A stretch of 64,000 nt of DNA from the human T2T-CHM13v2.0 reference genome, Homo sapiens. The notes beneath the pieces were generated by a model. That model was given only the letters and a program-made list of their open reading frames with translations. It was not told where the DNA came from and did no database searches. Of this stretch, positions 33,162-45,742 are shown piece after piece. The stretch lies in assembly GCF_009914755.1 (NCBI RefSeq), contig NC_060931.1. The stretch is one strand, 5' to 3'. Made by a program: the position numbers and the translations under genes. Every line of letters begins with the position of its first letter. The first letter of the stretch is position 1.

Positions 33162-35918
33162 TAACTCCAAGTTTACAGAAACGGAATCCAGTCCCAGAAC
33201 TGCAGAAAAGGCTGTTAGAGAAGAAAGCATTGCAGGGAAAGCAGACCGAGGGTTGCTCAGCAATGGAATAAACCCAAAAGCTGTAGCATTGGTTTTCAAA
33301 TAGGACTATCAAAAAAGTGGCTTGGATTTCGACGAGGGTTTAAGACGTTTATCCTCTCTACTGGAGACAGCTTGTAGATTTGAGTACAATATAAACCGAA
33401 ATGTTGGGAATAAAGAGTAATGTACGTCCTCGGCCCTGGCTTCAAGCCAGTGTTTTGACACAGCATTTTTGTTGGTGAAAGCCGTGGACAGAGGCAGGCT
33501 TCTGCTCACCGTCTTCTCCAGGGCCCAGGGGATAAGGAGTGAGAAGCCCTTTGTGGTCTCTGCTAGAAAAACTCTCCTGAGAAGCGAAGATTTCACTAAG
33601 AAAACAGTGAGGCCATCCTTTTATCCCCCAGGACATTTTTAAACCACTCTCAGAACTATTGCTAAAGTGAAAATTCTGCAGATCCGTTCCCAGGTGCTCA
33701 GGAGCCTTCCTGATCGGAGGTGCTCCTCTGAATTATGTCCTAAGTGTCACACGACGCATGCTGTGGCTATTTCTGTTTTTCTGTTTAGAAACAAGAGGGT
33801 TTGTCACGGTTTTATCACATGGCTGCTTCTGAATGATATCTGCCGTTCAAATCACATGTTAAAGATTGTTTTCGAAATCCAAAGAAACTGTTTTCAAAAT
33901 CCCTCCTGCTCCCACCAGCTTAGACCAACCCCATCGTACCCAATTAATTCCTTAATAATATTTGAGTCTTTCATCTTGCCAACGTAATACCCAAAGTGTT
34001 GAGATTATCTTTATTAGCTGCTTTCCAGGCGTCTGTGCACCTTTAGAAACTCTCGCAGTCGGTCTGATACTGCATCCAATCACTTTCTGTCCTTCTACAG
34101 TTTCCCGGGAAACCGACACACGTTGCTACTTCACATCACACAGGAAACTTACCAAAAACAGACTCTGCAGCATTTCCATTTTGTCAATAATTCTAACTCA
34201 CTAAAATACATCCCCATTAAAAAATAATAATGTCATATAAATAATAAACAGAGCAGGCAGCAGGAGGAAGAATGACATTTTAAGATTGTGCTTTCTCAAA
34301 GAGGCAATGACAGGGGCTGAGCAGGAGCCAGGAAACCCAGCTTTTAGCTTCAGCTCTGCCTGACATTTATTGGTCATGTGGCTCTGGGTGTATTCTCACT
34401 TCTCCTCCCTAAATAGCAAGAAGGAAAAGCCTCTTGGAGCCTCGTGTCTCTGCTTCTTTCTGTACAATGGTTATGTTCTGTCCGATTAGCTGTTATTATA
34501 GAATCACCTGGCTGGGTCTGTGGGCACTGGCCACTCAGAACTCACGGCCTCCCAGCTTTCCTCCCCAGAACAAAGCACTCTTCCCTTCCAGCTGCATTGT
34601 GAAAAATCCCAAGGCAAGACTCTGATTGGCTGAGCTGAAGCCACATGCCCAGCTATTAGCCAATCACGGTTTTCTGAGAGGCAAGCTAGCCTATCCATGT
34701 GGTGGGGAAGAACTGCTTCCTTCAAAGAAGGGGTTGAGGCCTAGACACAAACAACAGGAATCACTGCGAGTTGGACGACCAAGCACTCCCAATTTGTGTC
34801 TCCCGCCAGGCCCCCTTCTTGGCACCCACATGTGTCACAGACCCTTCTCTTGAGACTACAGGACTTTTAGATCTTTGGCTGAGGAAACATCAGGATACAT
34901 AGCAACATATATACAAGCCGTGAAGGAAATGGTATAAACACGCAGATGGGTGTGGGCCATGTGCTACACTCATTCTCTAAGCAGTTCTGGACATGCTCTT
35001 GGAAATGTGGACTCCAGTGAGAGCTCAGCAGTCCCTTCCGAACCACCCCTAGGCCCCACCCAGTGTGAACCCTGCTTCCCTACAGCCTGGCAGCTGCAGG
35101 AGGAGGGGTGGGCAGGGGTGTACACAGGGCAGAGAGATGCCCAAAGGGTCACCGAGTGGGTGCAAGACAGAGTAACTGAATTCGTAGCATGCCCTCCCAC
35201 TGAAATTGCTGATTTCCCCACCATGCAGAGACGCTTTCCATATAAGACTCACCCATATAAATAGCGTTTCTCTATCTTTTCTACAACTGGGGTTGAAGGT
35301 ATCTCCTCCCTGCTACTAAAAGGACTTTATTTCTGCCACCTTTGGCTGAGAAACCAGGCTGGTTTTGGCCCCGGTCTGGCCCCGGCCAGTATGACCCTAA
35401 GAAGGTCACTTGCATTTGTGGATGTTGATTGTTTCAGACCCAAGACGAGGAAATTGAATCCAGTCACCACTTCTCTCGTTTTTCCCCACTAGGATCCCTT
35501 GTGGTAGGGAAGTTGAATGGGGAAGACCCCCGGGACCTGGGAATATAGTCAAAAGAGGGTGAAAGTCTTGAACCTCATATTTGACCTTCAGATGATAATG
35601 AACCCTAACCCCAGTTTGTGAAACCTAGCACTAAATTTCTGTCATTCGTTCCTAAATATTCTGTGAATTTCTCGTGAGAAAAGTGATTCCTTCACTATAT
35701 TTCAATACATGTGATTTTCCCTAAGTTTCAGGAAGTTTAGATTCCAAGTTGGTCTCTAAAGAAGTAACAAACCCAATTCGGGGGCTAATCATGGAGATTC
35801 CTTTGGCTTCCTTCAGATGATCTTTGTTCTCTTTTCTTCCGTTTTAGTTTACGCAGAGCTTAACCTTGTAAGCCACCTCAAGGCCCCTAGAAAACAGATG
35901 AAGAATAAATCTTAAACA

Positions 35919-36208
35919 GGCCAGGTGCAGGGGCTCACACCTGTAATCTCGGCACTTTGGGAGGCCGAGGTGGGCAAATCAGCTGAGGTCAGGAGTTCGA
36001 GACCAGCCTGGCCAACACGGTGAAACCCCATCTCTACTAAAAATACAAAAATTAGCCAGGTGTGGTGGCGGGCACCTGTAATCCCAGATAGGAGGCTGAG
36101 GCACGAGAATAGCTTGAACCCAGGAGGCAGAGGTTACAGTGAGCCAAGATCGTACCACTGCACTCTAGCCTGGGCTACAAGAGTGAAACTCTGTCTCAAA
36201 AATAAATA
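35919..36208 (+). mobile_element. Alu (S-like)
   Basis: TSD aataaatcttaaaca at 35904-35918 and 36209-36223. Confidence 0.95.
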
Positions 36209-36231
36209 AATAAATCTTAAACAGCCACAAA

Positions 36232-36556
36232 TACAGATCCCTGATCTCTTAGCTGAAACCCTTGAGGCTAGATATATTTAAGAATCCAGTGTTTCTCAAG
36301 TTTGGGAGTACATCATATATTAGGGAACTGCTCCAGTAGGGCCGGGCCAGCGCTTGGCGACCAAACACATTGGTCTTCTTGTAGCAGAATATGAGAATAT
36401 TCACACTGAATAGCCCTACATCAGCTCACCTAGGGGTAAGCTGCCAGGTTAGCTCAAGTCAGCTCAGCCTTCGCCACCAAATGAGTTATAAAAAAACCTT
36501 TTGAGTTTCAGAGCGTTGTGGGTTTTGGAATTTGGAATGGAGGGTTGTACACCTGT
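36232..36556. mobile_element. MER46C-like Tigger DNA transposon remnant
   Basis: tacagatccctgatctcttagctgaaacccttgagg...ttgtacacctgt; decayed terminal inverted repeats. Confidence 0.6.
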
Positions 36557-36811
36557 TGCGCGGATCCTAGAGAGAAGCCTGGAACTAGGAGGAAGTTACA
36601 GGATCTGCGGAGGTGGGTGAACCCGAGGGGTTGGGGAGCTCAGGTGCAGGCTCCCACCCAGCCTCTCTCGCTGAGCCTTGCTTCTTTATTCATAAAGTGG
36701 GAATTGTAACATCTGCATCATAGGATCCTCAGCCAGTTGCAGAGATCATGCCCGGGCATTAATCTGGTATGTAATCGGTGTTCCCGAAAAAGGAGCCACT
36801 GCCACGTTTAT

Positions 36812-37680
36812 CATCGTCACCCGATGAAGGAGAAGCTGGCTGCTCTGGGGTCTCTGTGTGTGTGGGAAGATGTGTTCATCGTCACCTGATGGAGAAGCTG
36901 GCTGCTCCGGGGTCTCTGTGTGTGTGGGAAGATGTGTTCATCGTCACCTGATGGAGAAGCTGGCTGCTCCGGGGCCTCTGTGTGTGTGGGAAGATGTGTT
37001 CATCGTCACCTGATGGAGAAGCTGGCTGCTCCAGGGCCTCGGTGTGTGTGGGAAGATGTGTTCATCGTCACCTGATGGAGAAGCTGGCTGCTCCGGGGCC
37101 TCGGTGTGTGTGGGAAGATGTGTTCATCGTCACCTGATGGAGAAGCTGGCTGCTCCGGGGCCTCGGTGTGTGTGGGAAGTTGTGTTCATCGTCACCTGAT
37201 GGAGAAGCTGGCTGCTCCGGGGTCTCTGTGTGTGTGGGAAGATGTGTTCATCGTCACCTGATGGAGAAGCTGGCTGCTCCGGGGTCTCTGTGTGTGGGAA
37301 GATGTGTTCATCGTCACCTGATGGAGAAGCTGGCTGCTCCGGGGCCTCTGTGTGTGTGGGAAGATGTGTTCATCGTCACCTGATGGAGAAGCTGGCTGCT
37401 CCGGGGTCTCTGGGTGTGTGGGAAGATGTGTTCATCGTCACCTGATAGGGAAGCTGGCTGCTCCGGGGTCTCTGCGTGTGTGGGAGGATGTGTTCATCGT
37501 CACCTGATGGAGAAGCTGGCTGCTCCGGGGTCTCTGTGTGTGTGGGAAGATGTGTTCATCGTCACCTGATGGAGAAGCTGGCTGCTCCGGGGTCTCTGCG
37601 TGTGTGGGAGGATGTGTTCATCGTCACCTGATGGAGAAGCTGGCTGCTCCGGGGTCTCGGTGTGTGTGGGAAGATGTGTC
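36812..37680. repeat. Minisatellite/VNTR, 62-bp unit, 14 copies
   Basis: Unit catcgtcacctgatggagaagctggctgctccggggtctctgtgtgtgtgggaagatgtgtt at 36812, 36877, 36939, 37001...37619; one 60-bp copy and a 65-bp first copy. Confidence 0.96.
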
Positions 37681-38656
37681 TTACGTCTGCAATTCTCCTA
37701 AATGCAGAGGAGCCACAGATGGATTCAGCTGTTCTGTGTATTGTACCATAAGCCAAACAGTTTATACTTAATGTTCGGAGAAGTCCCAAATCTGTGACTC
37801 GCTGTTAGTTTCATGTAAATATTCCAGTTTGAGGTAGATTTTCAGCCTGTGTCCCCAAATCCCAGGAACCTCTGGCTCCCTGCTACGCCTCCATGGGGTT
37901 TCTGCACAGCCTGGAGGCTGACCACTCTCACAGGGCTCCGGGACAGATCCAAGTCCCTAGGTGCCGGACGGTGTCGGCTCATGGATCAGAGCTTCCTGCC
38001 CGGGTGCTGATGTGGGTAATTCACTCTGACTCTCAGATGAGGGAGCAGCTGGCAGGAACATCACTCACCGCACCCAGGGACGCTTTTGTTTTCCTGGGTC
38101 TCAGTGTGGACCTCCTGCAAAATTAGGGGAGCTGGCAACTCTCCCATCCCCTGCCCACCCCCGCCTCCAGCTGCAAGGACGCAGCTCACACACCCTGGGG
38201 AAACCGGATTGGCAGTTTTCCTTCTAGAGTGTTTACTTCTGAAAGAGCTGCTGTGGCTGGCAATGGGGCCCACATCTGGGGCCACAGCCGTCTGTCTTAA
38301 CACCCACAAGGCGCAGCTCATAGCCTGGCCGCTGATGGGAATCCTCAGAGAGCCTGTAAAAGAATGCACATTCCCCGGCCTCCGACAGACCCACAGAGTC
38401 AGGATAGCTGGAGCCACTCCCAGGAATCTGCTGCCTCGATACACAGCTGATGATCCTCAGATGGCATTTCAAGGCCGCTCACTCTTTTACCCCCTCCCCA
38501 GTTCCCTTGATACCCTCTGGGGAGAGGAAAAGGTCAGGTCTGCCTGACCCCTGTGAGAGACGGGGGCCCTGGGAAGCGTCTTAGCGTTAGTTCCGCAGCA
38601 GCGCCTTGGTCTCTGTGCCACCAGGTGGATCCCCTAGGAGCCCGGGAAGCTGTTAG

Positions 38657-39136
<480 letters not shown>

Positions 39137-39444
39137 TAAAATAGAGGTTTGCTTTCAGAAAATGAACCTAGAAAACATGCAGGGTCCATGTTCTTAATGG
39201 AAGCTGCTGATTTATTTTATAAAAAGGAAAAAAAAAAGCCTCAAAGGGACTGATCTTCAAACATCAGTGGGAGGCCTCAGGCCACTTTTCCGTGTGTTTG
39301 AGGGGCCAGGCCATTCAGTACCTGGCCGGGGAGACATATTAGACACCCTGGCTTATTCAGGCAGCTTCATTTCTCCGTCCCCTCCCCACCCTCGGAGGTC
39401 TCTGTGGATGTGATGTCACACGATCACTTGCAAGGGGAGGATGC

Positions 39445-39960
39445 ACCCCCCAATCCTCTCCCCTCATCACCTCCCCCATCCCCTCCCTTCTACTTCATCA
39501 CACCCCACCCCCTCCCCTCCCCTCTACCTCATCACCTCCACCCCCTCTCCTCCCCTCCCTTCTACCTCATCACCCCCTACCCCTCCCCTCCCCTCTACCT
39601 AATCACCTCCCCACCCCCTCCCCTCCCTTCTACCTCATCACCCCCACCCCCTCTCCTCCCCTCCCCTCTACCTCATCACCCCCCACCCCCTCCCCTCCCT
39701 TCTACCTCATCACCCACCACCCCCTTCCCTCCCCGCCACCTCATCACCCCCCACACCCACCCTCCCCTCTACCTCATCACCTCCCCACCCCTCACCTCCA
39801 CCTCATCACCCCCCACCCCCTCCCCTCCCCTCCCTTCTACCTCATCACCCCCCACCCCTTCCCTCCCCTCCACCTCATCACCCCCACACCCACCCTCCCT
39901 GCTACCTCATCACCCCCCCACCCCCTCCTTCCCCTCTACCTCATCACCTTGCCCACCCGC
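39445..39960. repeat. C-rich degenerate tandem repeat (core cctctacctcatcacccc, period roughly 30-38 bp)
   Basis: Read directly; the + strand is almost G-free. Confidence 0.92.
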
Positions 39961-40117
39961 TTCCCTGTACCTGGTCACCTCCAGAATCCTTTTGTTTTGG
40001 TCTGTAGCAGCCCACATCTTAGTCTCAGGCAAGCCAAAGACCCAGATCTTCCCCACCCCTGGGGCTCTTCTATGTTCTGCCCTGTAGGGGCAGGCAGAGT
40101 CCCCTGGGGCCTGTGTC

Positions 40118-41608
40118 GGGAGGCTGCGTAGACCTCTGCTGGGTGGGGAGGCCACCTAGATCTTTGCTGGGGTGGGAAGGCTGTGTAGACCTCTCCTGAG
40201 TGGGGAGGCCGCGTAGACCTCTCCTGAGTGAGGGAGTCCGCGTAGATCTCTCCTGAGTGGGGAGGCCACGTAGACCTCTCCTGAGTGGGGAGGCCGCGTA
40301 GACGCCTCCTGAGTGGGGAGGCCGCGTAGACCTCTCCTGAGTGAGGGAGGCCGCGTAGACCTCTCCTGAGTGAGGGAGGCCGCGTAGACCTCTCCTGAGT
40401 GGGGAGGCCGCGTAGACCTCTCCTGAGTGGGGAGGCCGCGTAGACGTCTCCTGAGTGGGGAGGCCGCGTAGACCTCTCCTGAGTGAGGGAGGCCGCGTAG
40501 ACCTCTCCTGAGTGGGGAGGCCGCGTAGACCTCTCCTGAGTGGGGAGGCCACGTAGACCTCTCCTGAGTGAGGGAGGCCGCGTAGACCTCTCCTGAGTGG
40601 GGAGGCCGCGTAGACCTCTCCTGAGTGAGGGAGGCCGCGTAGACCTCTCCTGAGTGGGGGAGGCCGCGTAGACCTCTCCTGAGTGGGGAGGCCGCGTAGA
40701 ACTCTCCTGAGTGAGGGTGGCCGCGTAGAACTCTCCTGAGTGGGGGAGGCCGCGTAGACCTCTCCTGAGTGGGGAGGCCGCGTAGACCTCTCCTGAGTGG
40801 GGAGGCCGCGTAGACCTCTCCTGAGTGGGGAGGCCGCGTAGACCTCTCCTGAGTGGGGGAGGCCGCGTAGACCTCTCCTGAGTGGGGGAGGCCGCGTAGA
40901 CCTCTCCTGAGTGGGGAGGCCGCGTAGACCTCTCCTGAGTGAGGGTGGCCGCGTAGACCTCTCCTGAGTGAGGGTGGCCGCGTAGAACTCTCCTGAGTGG
41001 GGGAGGCCGCGTAGACCTCTCCTGAGTGGGGGAGGCCGCGTAGACCTCTCCTGAGTGGGGAGGCCGCGTAGACCTCTCCTGAGTGGGGAGGCCGTGTAGA
41101 CCTCTCCTGAGTGAGGGAGGCCGCGTAGATCTCTCCTGAGTGAGGAGGCCGTGTAGATCTCTCCTGAGTGAGGGAGGCCGTGTGGACCTCTCCTGGGGTA
41201 AGGAAGGCCGCGTGGACCTCTCCTGGGGTAAGGAAGGCCGCGTGGACCTCTCCTGAGTGAGGGAGGCCGCGTGGACCTCTCCTGAGTGAGGGAGGCCGCG
41301 TGGACCTCTCCTGAGTGAGGGAGGCCGCGTGGACCTCTCCTGAGTGGGGAGGCCGCGTGGACCTCTCCTGAGTGAGGGAAGCCGTGTGGACCTCTCCTGG
41401 GGTAAGGAAGGCCGTGTAGACCTCTCCTGAGTGAGGGAGGCTGCGTAGATCTCTCCTGAGTGGGGAGGCGGTGTGGACCTCTCCTGGGGTAAGGAAGGCC
41501 GTGTAGACCTCTCCTGAGTGAGGGAGGCCGTGTAGACCTCTCCTGGGGTGAGGAGACCATGTAGATTGCTCCTGAGTGGGGAGGCTGCATAGACCTCTCC
41601 TGGGTGGA
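40118..41608. repeat. Minisatellite/VNTR, 28-30-bp unit, about 50 copies
   Basis: Core ggccgcgtagacctctcctgagtgggga with variants gagtgaggga, gagtggggga and ggggtaaggaa. Confidence 0.97.
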
Positions 41609-41774
41609 GGCCCAGCTCTTCTCGGAAACCTGGTACAGAGTGAGGGGCTGGATGCAGCTGAGAAAATGCAGTGTCGGTCACACCTGGATCAGGGAGGGGG
41701 ACCTGGGGGCTGCCTGCTCTCCTGTGTGGAGGGTGGGAGGGCCTGGCATTGGGTTGGGGTGGGGAGAGGGCTGG

Positions 41775-42195
41775 AGACCGCGACACACGCCCCTGGGGAG
41801 GTGCCCCCACCGCCAGGCCTCCTGCCCAGCACGCTCCGGGCCCTGCGCCCTGCCCTGCGCTCACACCTTCTCTCCCGCTCCCCGCAGGCCACGGACTCTG
41901 ACTACGAGGACGCGCTGCCCAAGCACTCCTTCGTGAACCACTACATGAGCGACCCCACCTACTACAACTCATGGAAGCGCAGGGCCCAGGGCCGCGCACC
42001 TGCGCCGCACAGGTACGAGGCGGTGGCGGGCTCCGAGGCGGGCGCGCAGCTGCACCCGGTCATCACCACGCAGAGCGCGGGCGGCGTCTACACCCCCGCT
42101 GGCCCCGGCGCGCGAACTCCGCTCACCGGCTTCTCCTCCTTCGTGTGAGCAAAGCGCCGCGCCTCCCTCAGGGCGGAACGGAGGCAACTTTCCGG
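41775..42195. promoter_or_regulatory. CpG-dense, island-like region over the last coding exon
   Basis: Very high GC with many CG/CGCG by inspection; observed/expected ratio not computed. Confidence 0.6.
41888..42148 (+). CDS. SDK1: SDK1 last coding exon (ATDSDYEDALPKHSFVNHYMSDPTYYNSWKRR...PLTGFSSFV*)
   Basis: Acceptor ccttctctcccgctccccgcag|GCC, phase 0; 261 nt including TGA. HSFVNHY.SDPTYYNSW and the terminal GFSSFV are sidekick hallmarks. Confidence 0.97.
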   Translation, partial: ATDSDYEDALPKHSFVNHYMSDPTYYNSWKRRAQGRAPAPHRYEAVAGSEAGAQLHPVITTQSAGGVYTPAGPGARTPLTGFSSFV

Positions 42196-43145
42196 AGTCT
42201 ATTTTTGTTAAGACAATCAACTCCAATAACTGAGCTGAAGTTTTTGTTTAAAAAGAAAAAAATCTGATAAGTGATGATTTTACCTACTTGTGGACACTAG
42301 ATTTCAATTAGGAAGGTTTTTTTAAACGGCTTTTTGTAACTTCGCTGCAGGAAGCAGGTTTGTTTCTTTTTCTTTTCTTTTTAAGAGAAGGTGTATTTCA
42401 CTGGTGCAATGGCTTGGCACCTCCGGGGCCTGGGAGGACCTCAGACCTCCCCAGCCCTGGGTTTCTCCGTCTTCAAGACCAACTAGGAAGGGTCAAGCGG
42501 GGAGAGGGAGTGGAGGGTCAGGTGAGATCTCAGAGCTGCCCCGGCCGGCCCCCGTCTCTTTCTACCTCCTCTTCCAGAGAACCAGCGGCTCACACCCTTC
42601 TCAACGCAGGACATCCTCGGCGGCTCCTGGGGTTTGAAGAGCAAACGTTTTTCCCTGGGCTCAGTGCGTTTTGTCCCAACTTCATCTGTTTCTGAAATGT
42701 TCTCACTTGGCAGTGTCTAGTCAAGGAGTCGGCTTTCAGGTTCCTGACGGCCAGGCAGGGATGCTAAGGTGTGGCTCAGCCGTCACTGTCTGTGTCACTG
42801 CAGTGGTGCGGTCCTCAGGCTTTTCTGCCTGTCTTTCCCCCTTCCTTCTCACCTGACAGCGAGGGAGAGGGAAGCCTCTTAGGGCTGGAAGCCACCACGC
42901 TGGCCCTCTCCTTCCCCGAACACAGCACACGGTCAACTCCGCGGGACACGAGGACACGGGACGGCATCTCCAGAATTGCTTGTTACGTAGGAAGCGTGCA
43001 TTGTTAACCAGAGTATTTTTAAAATCTTTTTATCTTTTTTTAAACTATGTCACATGAAATGAATGCGTCTTTGCTGTCTCCAGGTGCCTTTTTATTAATT
43101 GTTCAGCTTTGTACATGGGAAAGATGAAAAGCAACAGTGTCTGCA

Positions 43146-43151
43146 AATAAA
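43146..43151 (+). terminator. Candidate proximal polyadenylation signal AATAAA
   Basis: AATAAA with upstream TGTA (tttgtacat, about 43110) and U-rich tracts; downstream GU-rich element is weak. Confidence 0.45.
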
Positions 43152-43924
43152 GCAAAACAGCTCTGAGAACACACGCTCCCGACTCGCCTCGTGCACACCA
43201 GGCCGTCCCCTCCCTCTGTCCTGGCTTCTGCTGGCTGCTCGCAGCAGCCACCGCTTCTCCACCACTGGCGCTGCTGCTGCCCCCTCTCCCAGTCCGAGGC
43301 CAGCTTTTAGCCTTAACAGGTTTTTTGGAAATGTTTCTTTTTTTATTTAAAATTGTCATTGTTTGGTTTAAATTTTTCAGCTAGATGAAAAGAGTATGAA
43401 CTACTTTGGAAAACTTAACAGCTCAGAGATGGCCATGCCTCCAGCCCCTCACGTCATCTTTGCAACAGACGACTGGGCTGCCATGGTCCACCCCTCAGCC
43501 CGGGTCCCGGGTCTGGATGGAACGGGAGCACTGCTGGTGCCCACTGGCGTGTGTGCCCCGGGTCCCTGTAAGTGCCCCCTCACCAGCAGCAGCGTGACAC
43601 ACACAAGACTCAAGACCACCCTGTCAGTGCCCCCCAGTGCACGGCAAACGGGCAGGTGCCGTTCCCCCAGTGACCTGAGGGTAGGGGACAACTGAGCAGT
43701 ATCTGACCAGTGCCACCCAGGAGCCAGTCTCCTGGCCACATGCAGAAAGTGTGGCCCCTGCTTACCTAGATGTTTTGTGCACCTCCATGGGCAGAGGGTG
43801 TGGATATTGCCTGGATTCTGTGCTGTCAGCGTTGCTGAGTATGGCCCCAGGAGACCAAGGAGAGTTTTGTATAGGCTGGAAAACCCCTTTTCAGTCTTTC
43901 CAAAATTAGAGGGTATGGCAAGTT

Positions 43925-44122
43925 TCCTTTTTTCTCTCCTCCCTTCCTTCCCCTCCTTCCTTTCCTTTACCCCTCCTTTCCTTCCTTCCTCCCTTCCTCT
44001 CTTCTTTCCTCCCTCCCTCCCTCCTTCCCTCCCTTCCTTCCTCTCTTTCCTCCTTCCTTCCCTCCCTTCTTTCCCTCCCTCCCTTCCTCTCTCCCCTATT
44101 CCTTCTTCCTTTTCTCCTCCTT
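43925..44122. repeat. (CCTT)n/(CCCT)n polypyrimidine tract in the 3'UTR
   Basis: Read directly from the sequence. Confidence 0.93.
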
Positions 44123-45736
44123 TTTCTGAGTGGAGGGGGAAATATTCTAAACCAAAAATCCTAGATGCTCTGCCCAAAGCCACTTCTGCATGAGAATCGC
44201 AACCCACAGTTCCCCGGATGAGACTCGCCACAGTGGACAGTGCCACCTCCTTCCCCTCGGCCCCGGAGAGGGCGAAGTGGGCGGGAAGCCAGGATGTGAG
44301 CACTGGAATTTCTTGGAAGAGAAGCGATAAATGGAGACCATGGCCAGCGCTGCTTTCTGTGCACTCTGATGACTGCTCTCTGCAGCCATGAGGATGTGGC
44401 TTTACATGCCAGGGAGAGTGTTGAGACGTCTTAGGTTGAGGATGAGCAGATTCGAGATATGTTTGTTGCTCTCGGGTTTTCGATACAACATCATGACACT
44501 TCTGTTTCAAGCTCATGTTTTCCGTCTCCCCTCCACTCTTAGTAAACCTTGATCTGTACGGAGCGGCCTGTCCGAGGCTACGCCGGCCTCCTGGCTGCTG
44601 CTGGACTGTGCTTAGGACAGCGCCCATGCCTCGGAGGGACTCTGTCCCATGAGAACCACCTGTGCAAAGGAACAGAGCTGGATGTTTCCAGGTAGATTTT
44701 GGCCTCCCAGAGCAATGCGGCATTTGAGAAGCAACAGTTCCTAACTCCTTATCTTCAGGGAAGGAAAAGAAAATCACAGCCTAGGAAGATGGAGGTTGGA
44801 TTTTAATCTCGGTTTTAAAAAGAGGACAAACAAAATGTCTCTAAGCCAGGCTAGATGGAATGTGCTCCCGCTCTCTCCTGCCGTGCTGAAAGTCATGCCT
44901 TGCGGATGCCTCATGACAGCAGTGGCTGAGTCTCCCCACCCACCCCCAACGTGGCTCATTTCAGATTGCTTCGGCCCCACCCTGCAAGGATGTGGTCACG
45001 GAGTGGCCAGGAGGCTCCGTCTGAGCCACAGGGATGGGTGTGCAGAGCTCCCTCCTCCTGGGGTGCCAGGGCAGAGATTCCAGGCAGGTGAGCCCAGAGA
45101 GAGCTGCCAGGCCACACCCCCTCGGCCTCCTGCACGGCCACCTTCTGGGTGAATCGGTCCAGCCCAAGCCCCTCTCCCCAGCCTCGCCTTCAGCCTCTCT
45201 CCCAGCCTGCTTTTATAAGGCGCACTTCACTCAATGCTGTAGCCAAAAAACGAGGGGCCCCAGGGAGAGGGGACCCAGATGGCCACACACGGAACGCGCC
45301 TCCACAGCCCCGGGAGGTGGCTCACTCTGTACAGGTCTTCGGAGGCCGTGTTTGTATCTAACTGTGACTGGGCTGAAGCATGATGTTTGCCTAATGGTTC
45401 GTAGCATGGTTTTTATTTCTTACGCATTCTTGGCACACAGTGTAGCTATCCTCCTGACGAGCAACCCGTCTGCGTACCTAAGTGTGGCTCCCCGTGGGTC
45501 AGCGTCCTGGTAGCATGGATCCAGTCTGAAAGGTGAGGACAACGTGGAAACTCATGAGCTGAGCCTGCCCGCTGGGACACGTCTCCTTCCCGCGTCACCT
45601 TCTGGTTTAGGGAGCCGTCAGGTCCCTAAACGTTCCCTACAACTTTTTCTGAAATTGTGCAGAAAAACAGATCTCATTAAAAGAAAAAAAGAAACAACTT
45701 GTAGGAAGACAGAGAGGTGCTATGGGTACAATTTTT

Positions 45737-45742
45737 AATAAA
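45737..45742 (+). terminator. Distal polyadenylation signal AATAAA
   Basis: AATAAA preceded by ATTAAA (45676-45681) and TGTA, followed by ttttgttcctt...cttgtgattttcttc. Confidence 0.75.

Noticed and set aside
40118-41608. CRISPR-like array (28-30-bp repeats with a hairpin)
   Set aside because: Units are head-to-tail with no unique spacers, there are no cas genes, and the DNA is a primate intron. The same applies to the 62-bp array.
41576-41887. N-terminal part of the 190-aa ORF as coding sequence
   Set aside because: Lies upstream of a strong acceptor at 41887/41888; only 41888-42148 resembles sidekick.
39975-41999. 674-aa and 506-aa minus-strand ORFs
   Set aside because: They are translations of the 28-30-bp VNTR, whose reverse strand has few stop codons; the peptides cycle through frames with unit length and show no domain.
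43449-44777. 442-aa antisense ORF in the SDK1 3'UTR
   Set aside because: GTG start, middle section is the stop-free (AAGG)n tract, no recognisable domain. Ribo-seq or PhyloCSF support would be needed.
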